This document shows positions 1-8,579 of a DNA stretch of 62,038 nucleotides, in pieces. Positions within the stretch are counted from its first letter, which is position 1; every line of letters begins with the position of its first letter. The translations under genes and the position numbers were made by a program. Source of the DNA: Bdellovibrionales bacterium. GTDB taxonomy: Bacteria > Bdellovibrionota > Bdellovibrionia > Bdellovibrionales > UBA1609. The stretch covers positions 1-62,038 of the forward strand of contig JBFWVI010000014.1 of NCBI GenBank assembly GCA_050246815.1, in the 5' to 3' direction. The notes under the pieces were generated by a model. The model was not told the origin of the DNA. It did not search any database and worked only from the letters and a program-made list of their open reading frames with translations.

Positions 1-2
1 AA

Positions 3-1862
3 GGGGATGTTCTGGCATTTTTACCTGGAAGCGGCGAAATTGAGCGCACTCGTCGACAATTAAACGACTGGGCGCAAAGCCAAAACGTACAACTGCACTC
101 TTTGCACGGCTCGATTCCCTTGGAACAACAACGCCAGATTCTTGCGCCATCAACATCGCGACGAATCGTGCTTTCGACCAATGTGGCCGAATCTTCGGTG
201 ACTGTAAATGGCGTAGACTGCGTGGTCGACAGCGGCTTGGTCAAGGTGCTTCGCCAAGATCCTCGAACCGGTTTTTCGCGCTTAGAAATGAGCAAGGTCT
301 CTCAGGCCAGCGCCACTCAACGCGCCGGCCGTGCCGCCCGCCAACGGCCAGGACAATGTTATCGAATGTGGAGTGCCAACGAGCACTCCCAGTTATCCCC
401 TTATGAGCAGCCCGAGGTTTTGCGCATCGATATCAGTGAAAGTCTTTTGTTTCTGGCCGCTCAAGGTGTATCGGATTTTGCTAACTTTGCTTGGTTTCAA
501 ACACCTTCGCCGACACAAATTAAACGAGCCAGCCGCGATCTGCATGATCTTGGCGCCTTGGATGAAAAAAATAAAATCACCCCCCTAGGACTTAAGATGC
601 TGGCCTGGCCTTTGCCACCTCGGCTGGCAAAGTTAATGGTCATCGCCGAAAAGAAAAAGCAAACCACGCTGGCCGCTGATCTTGCCGCCCTTCTGTTAGA
701 AAGAGATTTGTTGCAAAGCAAAGCGAGTGAAAATTATTTGGGAGACGCGTGGGAGTGCGATTTGAGTTTACGCTGGTCTTTGTTGCAAAACTGGCGGGCC
801 CGCCAATCCGATCAAGATGTGCTTTTTCACGCCGCAAAAAATGTAGACGCTGCTGCAAAACAACTCGCGCGCTCCGCAACAAGGCGCCCTGCACCCGAGG
901 AAGCCTTGGATCAAATCCCGGGATTATTGCTTGAGGCCTTCGCAGACCGCCTTTGTCGCCGTCGTGGCCAAACTGAACGAGCGGCCATGAGTGGTGGACG
1001 CGGCGTGCGGCTAAGCCCCCAATCCGTTGTGAAAACCAGCCCATTCTTTTTGGCCTTGGATGGGGTTGATCAAGAAGGCTCAGCCGACACCTTGGTCAGT
1101 TATGCCTGCGGTTTCAAAGCAGAGGCCTTGCGCAGTTATTTGAAAAATGAAATCCAGACCCGTGAGCGCATCTATTTCGACGAGAATTCTGAACGTTTTG
1201 TCACCGTGAAAGAAAGTGTCTGGCGCGACTTTGTCTTTGAAGAATCTCAGCCCCGCCCGGCCAATGCAAACTCGATCCACGAGGCCTTGATCGAAGCGAT
1301 TCTGACCAGGTTTGATTGGCTCAAAACCCAGAATGAAAGTTTAAAAAAATGGTTTGAGCGCTGGAATTTTTTTGTGGCCCACCAACAGACCGAAGCCTTG
1401 ACCGAAGAGCAACTCAAAGCCGCATTGACAAACGCCTGTTTTGGCTGCACCAGCGTTAAAGCCGTGGCCGAAAAGGATTTGATCTACCACTTTGAAAGTC
1501 AGCTACCACCAGCCACGCTCCGCGTATTCCAAAAACAAGTTCCTGATAAAATTCAAGTGCCCAGCGGCACGTGGATCGACATTCATTATCCAGCCAATCA
1601 ACCACCGTTTCTACAAGTGCGACTGCAAGAGCTTTTTGGCTTAAACCAAACCCCCACCGTTTTAAACGGCAAGGTGCCCATTGTACTCCAGCTTTTGGCG
1701 CCAAACTTTAGGCCCGTCCAAACGACTTCAGACCTGACCAGCTTTTGGCGTTCGGGATATTTTGAGGTTCGCAAGGAGCTTAAAATCCGTTACCCCAAAC
1801 ACAGCTGGCCCGAAGACCCTTTAAAAGCCAAGCCCGAGGCGAAAGGCCGCCGCCGCTCCTAG
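3..1862 (+). CDS. hrpB: ATP-dependent RNA helicase HrpB (5'-truncated by window edge)
   Basis: The frame is open from base 3 (GDVLAFLPGSGEI). It has DEAH motifs STNVAESSVT and QRAGRAAR and the HrpB C-terminal signature VRLQELFG...LLAPNFRPVQTTSDLTSFW...YPKHSWPEDP. Confidence 0.93.
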   Translation, partial: GDVLAFLPGSGEIERTRRQLNDWAQSQNVQLHSLHGSIPLEQQRQILAPSTSRRIVLSTNVAESSVTVNGVDCVVDSGLVKVLRQDPRTGFSRLEMSKVSQASATQRAGRAARQRPGQCYRMWSANEHSQLSPYEQPEVLRIDISESLLFLAAQGVSDFANFAWFQTPSPTQIKRASRDLHDLGALDEKNKITPLGLKMLAWPLPPRLAKLMVIAEKKKQTTLAADLAALLLERDLLQSKASENYLGDAWECDLSLRWSLLQNWRARQSDQDVLFHAAKNVDAAAKQLARSATRRPAPEEALDQIPGLLLEAFADRLCRRRGQTERAAMSGGRGVRLSPQSVVKTSPFFLALDGVDQEGSADTLVSYACGFKAEALRSYLKNEIQTRERIYFDENSERFVTVKESVWRDFVFEESQPRPANANSIHEALIEAILTRFDWLKTQNESLKKWFERWNFFVAHQQTEALTEEQLKAALTNACFGCTSVKAVAEKDLIYHFESQLPPATLRVFQKQVPDKIQVPSGTWIDIHYPANQPPFLQVRLQELFGLNQTPTVLNGKVPIVLQLLAPNFRPVQTTSDLTSFWRSGYFEVRKELKIRYPKHSWPEDPLKAKPEAKGRRRS

Positions 1863-2002
1863 AAAAGAAAATTGCGGGAAGGACGCTCATCGGGGAGCCC
1901 ACTTTGGGCACTGACAAAAAATGGTCAACACCATGAAAACCCTTGTTTAAAGCGCACTTAAGCCCTTTTTTCCTGGCCAATAAATTGCTATGTCTATGGC
2001 TT

Positions 2003-3304
2003 ATGAAAATCTTAAAAATCAGCCTTTTGCTGATCAGCCTAATTTCACTACGGTCCTACGCCTTGACGGTGTGTGGAATCACCATCAACTCAGACAACGA
2101 ATTCAAAGCCTTTCAGCGTGCCATGGGCCCCGGCATTAAGGCCGTGGAACTCATTCGATACAAGACGGTTAATGGTCTTGTTAAATTTGATGAAACAGAG
2201 TGGATGGAAGAGGCTTGTCGCCAAAAAGTGCAATGCGATGTTGTGGTTTTGAGCGCCCACTTTGGCGGTATTTTTGGTGCCGAAAATATGCCGATTCGGC
2301 TTAGCCTGGAAACCATGGAACGCGCCTCTTGTTCTAACCAATGCACGGGAATTTATCAGCACCCCAAAGAAGTTTATCTGCTTGGCTGCTACGCCGCTCA
2401 AACCCAAGAGGTAACAGGCTTTGATTTGAGAAAGCTAGAGGATACAAATCAAACACCAGGCAGACTGCCCCCCTATCTACAAATGAAGTATAGCAATTTA
2501 GAGCGTTTGCGGCGTATTTTTCCCAACACACCAAGAATTTACGGTTACGCGGAAAAGGGGCCGCTTGGCGCAGCCGTTGAACGGAATTTTGGCGAATCCA
2601 TCTCACGTCAGAAGAACTACTATTCACAATTGCCAGGCACCGCAAAACCAAATCTGCTCTCCGTGAATAGTGCCCGCCTGCAGATGTTGACGCAATTCAG
2701 TGGCAGCGACTTCAATCCTGACCTACGCCATGAGGCGCAAAATATTTGCATCGGCCAATGGGACTCGTCACTTCGCGACACGGTCAGAGCCACATCCTCC
2801 CTGCTGCTACAGGGTAACGGCATCAAACACGTTGATTTCGTTGCCAAGCAGTTGCTAAGGGCTTCTTCCGAAGAGGTGCAAGCCCTCTTGCCAAGTTCAA
2901 TCGCCAGCCAACTTGCTGGCCAATTAGAGAAATTTGCAAATGCGCCCTCCCCGGTTGGAGTGCGCCTGCAAAGCTTGGAGCTGCAAAATAAATTCGGTTT
3001 TAAATCCGACGATCAGACTCTTGAGCAAATGAAAGCTCTGGTTTCAAATGAAGCGCAAAAATCAAAAATCGAATGGGCGGCTTCGGCCGTATGTGCTGTG
3101 GCCGACTCGGTTCCCACTTTAAAAAATGCCCTGACCGTTGAAACCCTAAGCCCCATCAATACCTTTTTTAGTCTTGAGCTGATTCGTTGCACTAAGCCGC
3201 GTGATCCCGCTCTACGCCAAGCCGTTGAAAGAACCACATTTAACGAACACTATCTGAATACCCTTGCCCACAAGGTACTCAAACGCTGGAACGACATCGA
3301 TTAG
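2003..3304 (+). CDS. Secreted hypothetical protein, possible caspase/CHAT-like His-Cys peptidase domain
   Basis: In-frame ATG at 2003 gives a signal peptide (MKILKISLLLISLISLRSYA). Motifs VVVLSAHFG and VYLLGC are present. Confidence 0.7.
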   Translation: MKILKISLLLISLISLRSYALTVCGITINSDNEFKAFQRAMGPGIKAVELIRYKTVNGLVKFDETEWMEEACRQKVQCDVVVLSAHFGGIFGAENMPIRLSLETMERASCSNQCTGIYQHPKEVYLLGCYAAQTQEVTGFDLRKLEDTNQTPGRLPPYLQMKYSNLERLRRIFPNTPRIYGYAEKGPLGAAVERNFGESISRQKNYYSQLPGTAKPNLLSVNSARLQMLTQFSGSDFNPDLRHEAQNICIGQWDSSLRDTVRATSSLLLQGNGIKHVDFVAKQLLRASSEEVQALLPSSIASQLAGQLEKFANAPSPVGVRLQSLELQNKFGFKSDDQTLEQMKALVSNEAQKSKIEWAASAVCAVADSVPTLKNALTVETLSPINTFFSLELIRCTKPRDPALRQAVERTTFNEHYLNTLAHKVLKRWNDID

Positions 3305-3360
3305 TGTCCATTTTATAAAATCCAGACTGGCGCTTAGGCCAGTCCAGCCCCTGTCAACAT

Positions 3361-3387
3361 GAAGACACAGCCCTAAATTGCCGATCA
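3361..3387 (+). promoter_or_regulatory. Putative sigma28 (FliA) promoter
   Basis: GAAG-N15-GCCGATCA upstream of the ORF at 3414. Confidence 0.4.
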
Positions 3388-3413
3388 GTCCATAGCAAGG
3401 GGCGATCAAGCAC

Positions 3414-5291
3414 ATGCGTTTTTTAAAAGCTCTATTTTTGCTGTCAATTCTGCTGACCAGCGCGATTGCTGCGATCACATTTTTTGTACCACAAATCCTG
3501 GTGCAATCCGCGGTTCAGTTGAAAATCCAGCAACGTGTGGTTTTGGGCGCGCCCAATCGATGTTCAGTTTATCTGGTGTGGTTGAAACAAATGCCCCCCG
3601 ACCTTCAACAAAAGCTGGCTCCTGAGCTTCTGCAACTGGCCGAACTCGATCCGGATACCTATCAGAAAAAATTGGACTCCCCTGAAGCACTGACCAAACT
3701 GATCGCGACCGTCAGCGGCGGCAACAGCAATCATGATCTTTCATTAAGCTGCCTGCAGCGCACCTTGAGCGTTCTGCAAGGCAATTCCAAAGCCATGATT
3801 GAATTGTTCAAGAAAAAAACCACTAAAAGTACCAAATCCCAAGAGGTCTCAAGCTGGCAAGAAGCTTTGGTGACTTCTTGCCAAGGACAAATAGATTGTG
3901 CGAAAGCTCTGATTGAAGAGTATCAAAAATCCCAACCACAACAACGTGAGCGCTGGCTTGAAGTTTTGTCTGGTATCGGCAAAATCGCGGCAGAGGCGGC
4001 ACTGGAACAACTGGCCGCGCTCAAAGATTTGCGTTTTTATAGCGATGACACGGCAGCCGCCACTCATCAGCAGGCCGAACTGCTTGCGCAAATATTTGTC
4101 GCTAGCCAACTGCAGAACAAACAAAAGCTTTTAGACTTTACCTTGGCTTCGCCACATCCCCTGCCACTTCGCTGGCGCGTGGCCATGAATTGGGCAAGAA
4201 TGGCTGAACCACATCACGAACTTTGGCCATTGGCGGAGCAGGTCATGAATGATCCGCAAGCGGGTGTGGCCTGCCGTCGTGAAGCTTTGTTGCGCTTTGG
4301 CCCGCTTTGGAATTCGCATCAACAGCTGGTCAGTGAGTTGGCCCGCCAATTCAACGATTTGGCAGCCCGCCTGCCCAGCGCCGTAGATGGCGAACGCGAG
4401 CTGAAAGAGCAAATCACCGTGATCAAGGCCTTTACTTCCACCAGCCGCGACCCTCAATCCGTGCAGCCTGCTTTGCCCGAAGAAGACCAAAAAACTTTAA
4501 GCGAGTCCTTGGGACGATTGACAATGGCGATCCAAAAAAGGTGGGGCAAATCATCAAAGGCCTTAGATGAGCTTCTAGTTTTGTTGCGCACCCACCCGCT
4601 TTTCGCAAAAAACACTTCTGTGGTTAAATATCTTCTGCGCAACCCCGACACCGCCGCACTTGGACTTGATTTGTTATTGGGTGATGACGATTTAGATGGC
4701 CCACGCCTGAATATCTTGCGTGAAAGTTATGACGATTTGCCCCCAACCACCCGTTTGGTCTTAAGTCAAAAGGCCAACGAGCCCGAACTGTTGATCGCGC
4801 TTTTACCCGCCATTCCCGCCGTGCAAGCGGTGAAAATGTGGAAGCCCGAACACGCGCCGATCATTCGCCAGCAACTTGAAAAATGGGCAAAACAAGATGG
4901 CGTGCATCCAGCTTTGAAAGTTGGTTTTTTTATGACCGCCTTGTATGCGCAACCCCGCTCTCCTAAAGTGAGGCTTTTGCGCCAATCTTTCACACAAAGT
5001 TTCAAATGCGAACCTGAATGGATTCGCATGGCTCAATTGGCTGTCGAAAACGGTCCAACTCAAGTGGGTTTTGGTCCCGCCGTGATGGCCTTGCTCACCT
5101 GCCCCGAAAATCAAGTGAACAACAGGCTGCTGGGCGCCATTTTACTGAACCCCAAAGCGCAAAAGCAAATCAAGCGAGAACTTGCGATCTCACGCGCCAA
5201 ACCAGAACAGCTTAAGCGATTGACCAGCTTTTTTAGCATGGCCAATCGCGTGCCGGGCTCAAGCTTGCCCGCCAAAGTTAAAAATCCTTAG
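3414..5291 (+). CDS. Hypothetical protein with N-terminal signal/TM segment, predicted alpha-helical
   Basis: 625-aa ORF with AAGGGG SD, a hydrophobic N-terminus and a Leu/Ala/Gln-rich body. No recognisable motif. Confidence 0.7.
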   Translation: MRFLKALFLLSILLTSAIAAITFFVPQILVQSAVQLKIQQRVVLGAPNRCSVYLVWLKQMPPDLQQKLAPELLQLAELDPDTYQKKLDSPEALTKLIATVSGGNSNHDLSLSCLQRTLSVLQGNSKAMIELFKKKTTKSTKSQEVSSWQEALVTSCQGQIDCAKALIEEYQKSQPQQRERWLEVLSGIGKIAAEAALEQLAALKDLRFYSDDTAAATHQQAELLAQIFVASQLQNKQKLLDFTLASPHPLPLRWRVAMNWARMAEPHHELWPLAEQVMNDPQAGVACRREALLRFGPLWNSHQQLVSELARQFNDLAARLPSAVDGERELKEQITVIKAFTSTSRDPQSVQPALPEEDQKTLSESLGRLTMAIQKRWGKSSKALDELLVLLRTHPLFAKNTSVVKYLLRNPDTAALGLDLLLGDDDLDGPRLNILRESYDDLPPTTRLVLSQKANEPELLIALLPAIPAVQAVKMWKPEHAPIIRQQLEKWAKQDGVHPALKVGFFMTALYAQPRSPKVRLLRQSFTQSFKCEPEWIRMAQLAVENGPTQVGFGPAVMALLTCPENQVNNRLLGAILLNPKAQKQIKRELAISRAKPEQLKRLTSFFSMANRVPGSSLPAKVKNP

Positions 5292-5295
5292 AGCT

Positions 5296-6381
5296 TTAGA
5301 ACCCACGCAGTTGTTTTTTTAGTTTGTGTTGCCTATGGATTTGTTTCCACTTTTTCTTATCTTGCGACGCCATGGCTTTACTTTGTTTACGTTGAAAGTG
5401 GCGAATCTCAGCCAACTGCTTCAAATAACTTTGCCAACGCGCAGGTTCAATCTCGCCGTTTTCTATAGCTGCTTGCACCGCGCAGTCAGGCTCAGCTTGG
5501 TGGGCACAATCGCGAAAGCGACAGTTTTGAGCCAAACTCAAAATCTCATGGAAGTTGCGCTCAAAACCCTGTTCGCTATCACCCAATTGAATTTCGCGAA
5601 GGCCTGGGGTGTCCATAAGCAGTGCTCCACCAGGCAAAAGAAAAAGCCCCCGCGAAGTGGTGGTGTGGCGACCTTTGTCATCGTCTTCGCGAATATGCTG
5701 AATGCGCTGCTGCTCGCTCCCAAGCAATACATTCACCAAAGAAGATTTGCCAACACCAGAAGACCCCAGCAAGACATAGGTTTTTTGGCTTTGCAAAATG
5801 GCCATTAGGGCTTCAACGCTAGACTGTGGTTTCAAGCTCGCGACAACAACGGGCACCGCCATCAAACTTCGCTCAATCTGGACGACTAGCCCATCCACAT
5901 CAGAATGTAAATCTGCTTTGGTCAGCACAATAATCGGCTGAACACCTGCTTCCCATGCCAAAGTCACGTAGCGCTCCAAACGCGCGATGTTCAGATCTTC
6001 ATTGGCGCTGGTGGCGATCAGCATGGCATCCACATTGGCCGCCATGGCTTGCCACCCCAATTGAGTGCCGGCTTGTTGTCGAGCCAAAAATGTTTGGCGC
6101 GGTAAAACCTCTTCAATGAGCCAATGATCAGCATGACCTGTGGGTGATACCAAAAGCCAATCACCCACGGTGGGAGACATAGCCTCTTGGTCCAATCTGA
6201 TTCGGCCACGCAATGTGGCACGAGCTTGCAAATGCTCGCTCAAAAAAATCTGGAAGCCTGATCGTTCTTCACTGATCACACGCGCGGGCAGCCAATCTGG
6301 CTTGGCGCGTTTGAGGGCTTCACTTTGAAAAAAATCATTCCAGCCCCATTGGGGCAAAGACAAAGTCCATGACGTCGTCAC
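5296..6381 (-). CDS. rsgA: Ribosome small subunit-dependent GTPase RsgA (long type)
   Basis: Circularly permuted GTPase motifs TKAD, GSSGVGKSS, GRHTTT and DTPG; Zn site CRFRDCAHQAEPDCAV; AAGGAG SD before GTG. Confidence 0.93.
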   Translation of the reverse strand: MTTSWTLSLPQWGWNDFFQSEALKRAKPDWLPARVISEERSGFQIFLSEHLQARATLRGRIRLDQEAMSPTVGDWLLVSPTGHADHWLIEEVLPRQTFLARQQAGTQLGWQAMAANVDAMLIATSANEDLNIARLERYVTLAWEAGVQPIIVLTKADLHSDVDGLVVQIERSLMAVPVVVASLKPQSSVEALMAILQSQKTYVLLGSSGVGKSSLVNVLLGSEQQRIQHIREDDDKGRHTTTSRGLFLLPGGALLMDTPGLREIQLGDSEQGFERNFHEILSLAQNCRFRDCAHQAEPDCAVQAAIENGEIEPARWQSYLKQLAEIRHFQRKQSKAMASQDKKKWKQIHRQHKLKKQLRGF

Positions 6382-6469
6382 GCAGAAACTCCTTAAAGAA
6401 AATTTAAAAATTGATAAGCCTTGCAGGCCTTCGCGTGGACTTTTTAAGAATGAAACCTAAAATCGATTT

Positions 6470-6514
6470 TTAAAAGAACAGCGGAAGGCGGTTGTTAAAA
6501 TTGGCTGCAATCAT
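6470..6514 (-). CDS. Putative leader peptide (uORF) MIAANFNNRLPLFF upstream of rsgA
   Basis: AAGGAGG (6527-6521), a 6-nt spacer, ATG at 6514 and TAA at 6472-6470. It lies between a sigma70 promoter and rsgA. Confidence 0.7.
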   Translation of the reverse strand: MIAANFNNRLPLFF

Positions 6515-6544
6515 TTTCGCCCTCCTTTGTGATAGGATGAACCA

Positions 6545-6573
6545 AATTTAGCAAAAAAAACTCGTTTTCACAA
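6545..6573 (-). promoter_or_regulatory. Sigma70 promoter for the rsgA leader
   Basis: TTGTGA-N17-TAAATT with extended -10 TG. Confidence 0.65.
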
Positions 6574-6625
6574 GGGCGCACCTTGCCCAGGATCCATAAC
6601 GACTGAATTTGCCCATTGGTTTTGA

Positions 6626-7453
6626 TTACTTATCTTGCAAAAATTCTTGCACACTCAACAGCGCATCGGGCGAACGCAAGAGACGGTAATGTCCCACCCC
6701 CTCCAGCCGGACCAGTTTGGCCGCAGGCCAATTTTCCACGTAATCAATGGCGTGCTGAAAGGACACTTGTGGATCTTTCGGATCGTGCAAGATCAAAGCT
6801 TGGCACTGGGTTTGGGGCCCCACGGTCAAGGGTTCAAGACTTTCGCGAGGGCGGCGAAGTTGCCCTTCCACCTCTTGGTAGAACCTGACATTGGCTTTGG
6901 GGCTTAGACCCACAGCTTTTGAAAAATGATTGAAGACCTTTTCCATTTTTGCGGGGGAACCAAGCAAGATCAGTTTTTGAATCGGCGCGCCAAAACCCGC
7001 CGCCACCACTGCGGCCGCGCCACCAAGACTATGGCCGATCACCGCTTGAAGCCCACCCAAATCTTGTGCGATTTGCAGTAGCGCTTCGGCAAAGCGTGCC
7101 ATATTGGTCATGGGCATAGGGTCGGATTGCCCGTGGCCAGGTCCATCCATCAACCAAACTTCAAAACCCATCGCCATCAAAGGCTCAACAAAATAGCGCA
7201 TCTGCGCACCCCGTCCTGCCCAACCATGAATCAATAGAACTTTTTGTTCAGCCTGGCCAAACCGCCAAACGGCGCAGCCATGCAGGTGTTTATGCTCGTT
7301 CGCACTTCTTAAGAATAAATTTTCCTTATCCGGCGCGGTGACATTGGGTGGGGTCAAAAACCAGCGGCAGGCCACACGAGCAGTCCAAGTCGGCGCCAAA
7401 TAAGAAAGCAGTCCCAAAGCGCGCATCATAAAAAATTGCAGATCTTTTTTCAT
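6626..7453 (-). CDS. Alpha/beta-fold hydrolase
   Basis: LIHGWAG, GHSLGG nucleophile elbow, HDPKD and GH motifs. ATG at 7453 is preferred. Confidence 0.85.
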   Translation of the reverse strand: MKKDLQFFMMRALGLLSYLAPTWTARVACRWFLTPPNVTAPDKENLFLRSANEHKHLHGCAVWRFGQAEQKVLLIHGWAGRGAQMRYFVEPLMAMGFEVWLMDGPGHGQSDPMPMTNMARFAEALLQIAQDLGGLQAVIGHSLGGAAAVVAAGFGAPIQKLILLGSPAKMEKVFNHFSKAVGLSPKANVRFYQEVEGQLRRPRESLEPLTVGPQTQCQALILHDPKDPQVSFQHAIDYVENWPAAKLVRLEGVGHYRLLRSPDALLSVQEFLQDK

Positions 7454-7464
7454 GAGGGGTCCAT

Positions 7465-7983
7465 CTAAACGTGCAGCGTTTGGTCGGATTTGATGACCGC
7501 GCGCCAACGTTCAGGTGCCTCGGGAGAAATGGTGCCAACACCCAACTTGGCCAGCACTTGTTCAGAATTCACAAGTCCGTCTTTTGCTTTTAATGAGGCC
7601 TTCACCAAGCCACGAGCATAGATTTGATTGCCTGCATGGAACTCTTGCTCAATATAAAACCATTTTTGATCCCATGCCACCACTCGGGTTTTCAGCTCAA
7701 ATTTCTGAAGCGGTCGAAGTGAGCGGCGAAAAGTCATATGGACGCTGCCCACCACTGGCATCCATTTGTCGTGAATAATGACGTGAAAAATTCCGGTGCG
7801 CAGCATCAGATCCATCCGCCCAAGATCCATTAGGGTCAAATAACGGCCGTTGTTCATATGCAGGTTGAAGTCCAAATCTAAAAACCAAGTGCGAAAGTAA
7901 AGCTGAGAATCCTGCAGCACATCGATACGCTGAGTGCCCCAACTTCTTAAGATGACCCATAGAAAACGAAACCACAGATTCAT
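7465..7983 (-). CDS. Hotdog-fold acyl-CoA thioesterase family protein
   Basis: DLDFNLHMNNGRYLTLMDLGR motif (4HBT/THEM6-like). Confidence 0.88.
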   Translation of the reverse strand: MNLWFRFLWVILRSWGTQRIDVLQDSQLYFRTWFLDLDFNLHMNNGRYLTLMDLGRMDLMLRTGIFHVIIHDKWMPVVGSVHMTFRRSLRPLQKFELKTRVVAWDQKWFYIEQEFHAGNQIYARGLVKASLKAKDGLVNSEQVLAKLGVGTISPEAPERWRAVIKSDQTLHV

Positions 7984-7999
7984 AGGGCCTCATTATGGC

Positions 8000-8029
8000 A
8001 AAAAAAAGAGGCTCCGTGAAGGAGCCTCT
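8000..8029 (-). terminator. Intrinsic terminator after the DUF3015 gene
   Basis: 9-bp stem AGAGGCTCC/GGAGCCTCT, 5-nt loop, followed by a T-tract on the minus strand. Confidence 0.85.
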
Positions 8030-8064
8030 GTTCGACTTGCACTGTTATGCAGCGCGAGTACGAT

Positions 8065-8517
8065 TTAAATGCAAACGCCAGCCAATTGGCCTTTGATGCC
8101 TTTGTAAAGCTGGGCAGCGTTTTGTGCCGGAGCAACGACTTTGCTGTAGTTTTGTTGCAAAGTTTGACCGACTTCAGCCGAGTTCGCCGAGCAACCGAAC
8201 GCGCCTGCCAATGCATCGACGTATTCGCCACGGCCGGCAGCCAGTTCAGTTTTCAAAACTTCGAAGTTAGTGGCAACGTAATCAGCGGCTTCTTTGTCGT
8301 TGCTGCCGATTTCAAGTTTTTCACAGCCCAAAGTTCCGGTGGTCATGCCAAATGCTCGGGGAACAACCGAGTTGGTGGTGCCACGAGTGGTGGTGGCGGT
8401 GTAGGTTTTTTTGTCAGTGACTTCCCAACCAAGTCCGCAACCGTCTAATGAATCGCGTGCGTGAGCGATCGGGCTTAACAAAACAAGTGCAACGGCGCTA
8501 AGTAACAGTTTTTTCAT
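8065..8517 (-). CDS. DUF3015 family secreted protein
   Basis: Signal peptide MKKLLLSAVALVLLSPIAHA; GCGLG...TTRGTTN...FGMTTGTLGC...ELAAGRGEYVDALA; AAAGGGG SD. Confidence 0.8.
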   Translation of the reverse strand: MKKLLLSAVALVLLSPIAHARDSLDGCGLGWEVTDKKTYTATTTRGTTNSVVPRAFGMTTGTLGCEKLEIGSNDKEAADYVATNFEVLKTELAAGRGEYVDALAGAFGCSANSAEVGQTLQQNYSKVVAPAQNAAQLYKGIKGQLAGVCI

Positions 8518-8579
8518 TGATATCCCCTTTGAGGAAAAAAATGTTTGTGTTCCTACACTGAGGGCACACAAGAAAAGTG

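Noticed and set aside
1958..1983. Sigma28 promoter TTAAG-N13-GCCAATAA for the gene at 2003
   Set aside because: The spacer is short and the core GCCGAT has a mismatch.
3321..3340. Hairpin GACTGGC/GCCAGTC as a terminator
   Set aside because: No following U-tract; a 7-bp stem alone is weak evidence.
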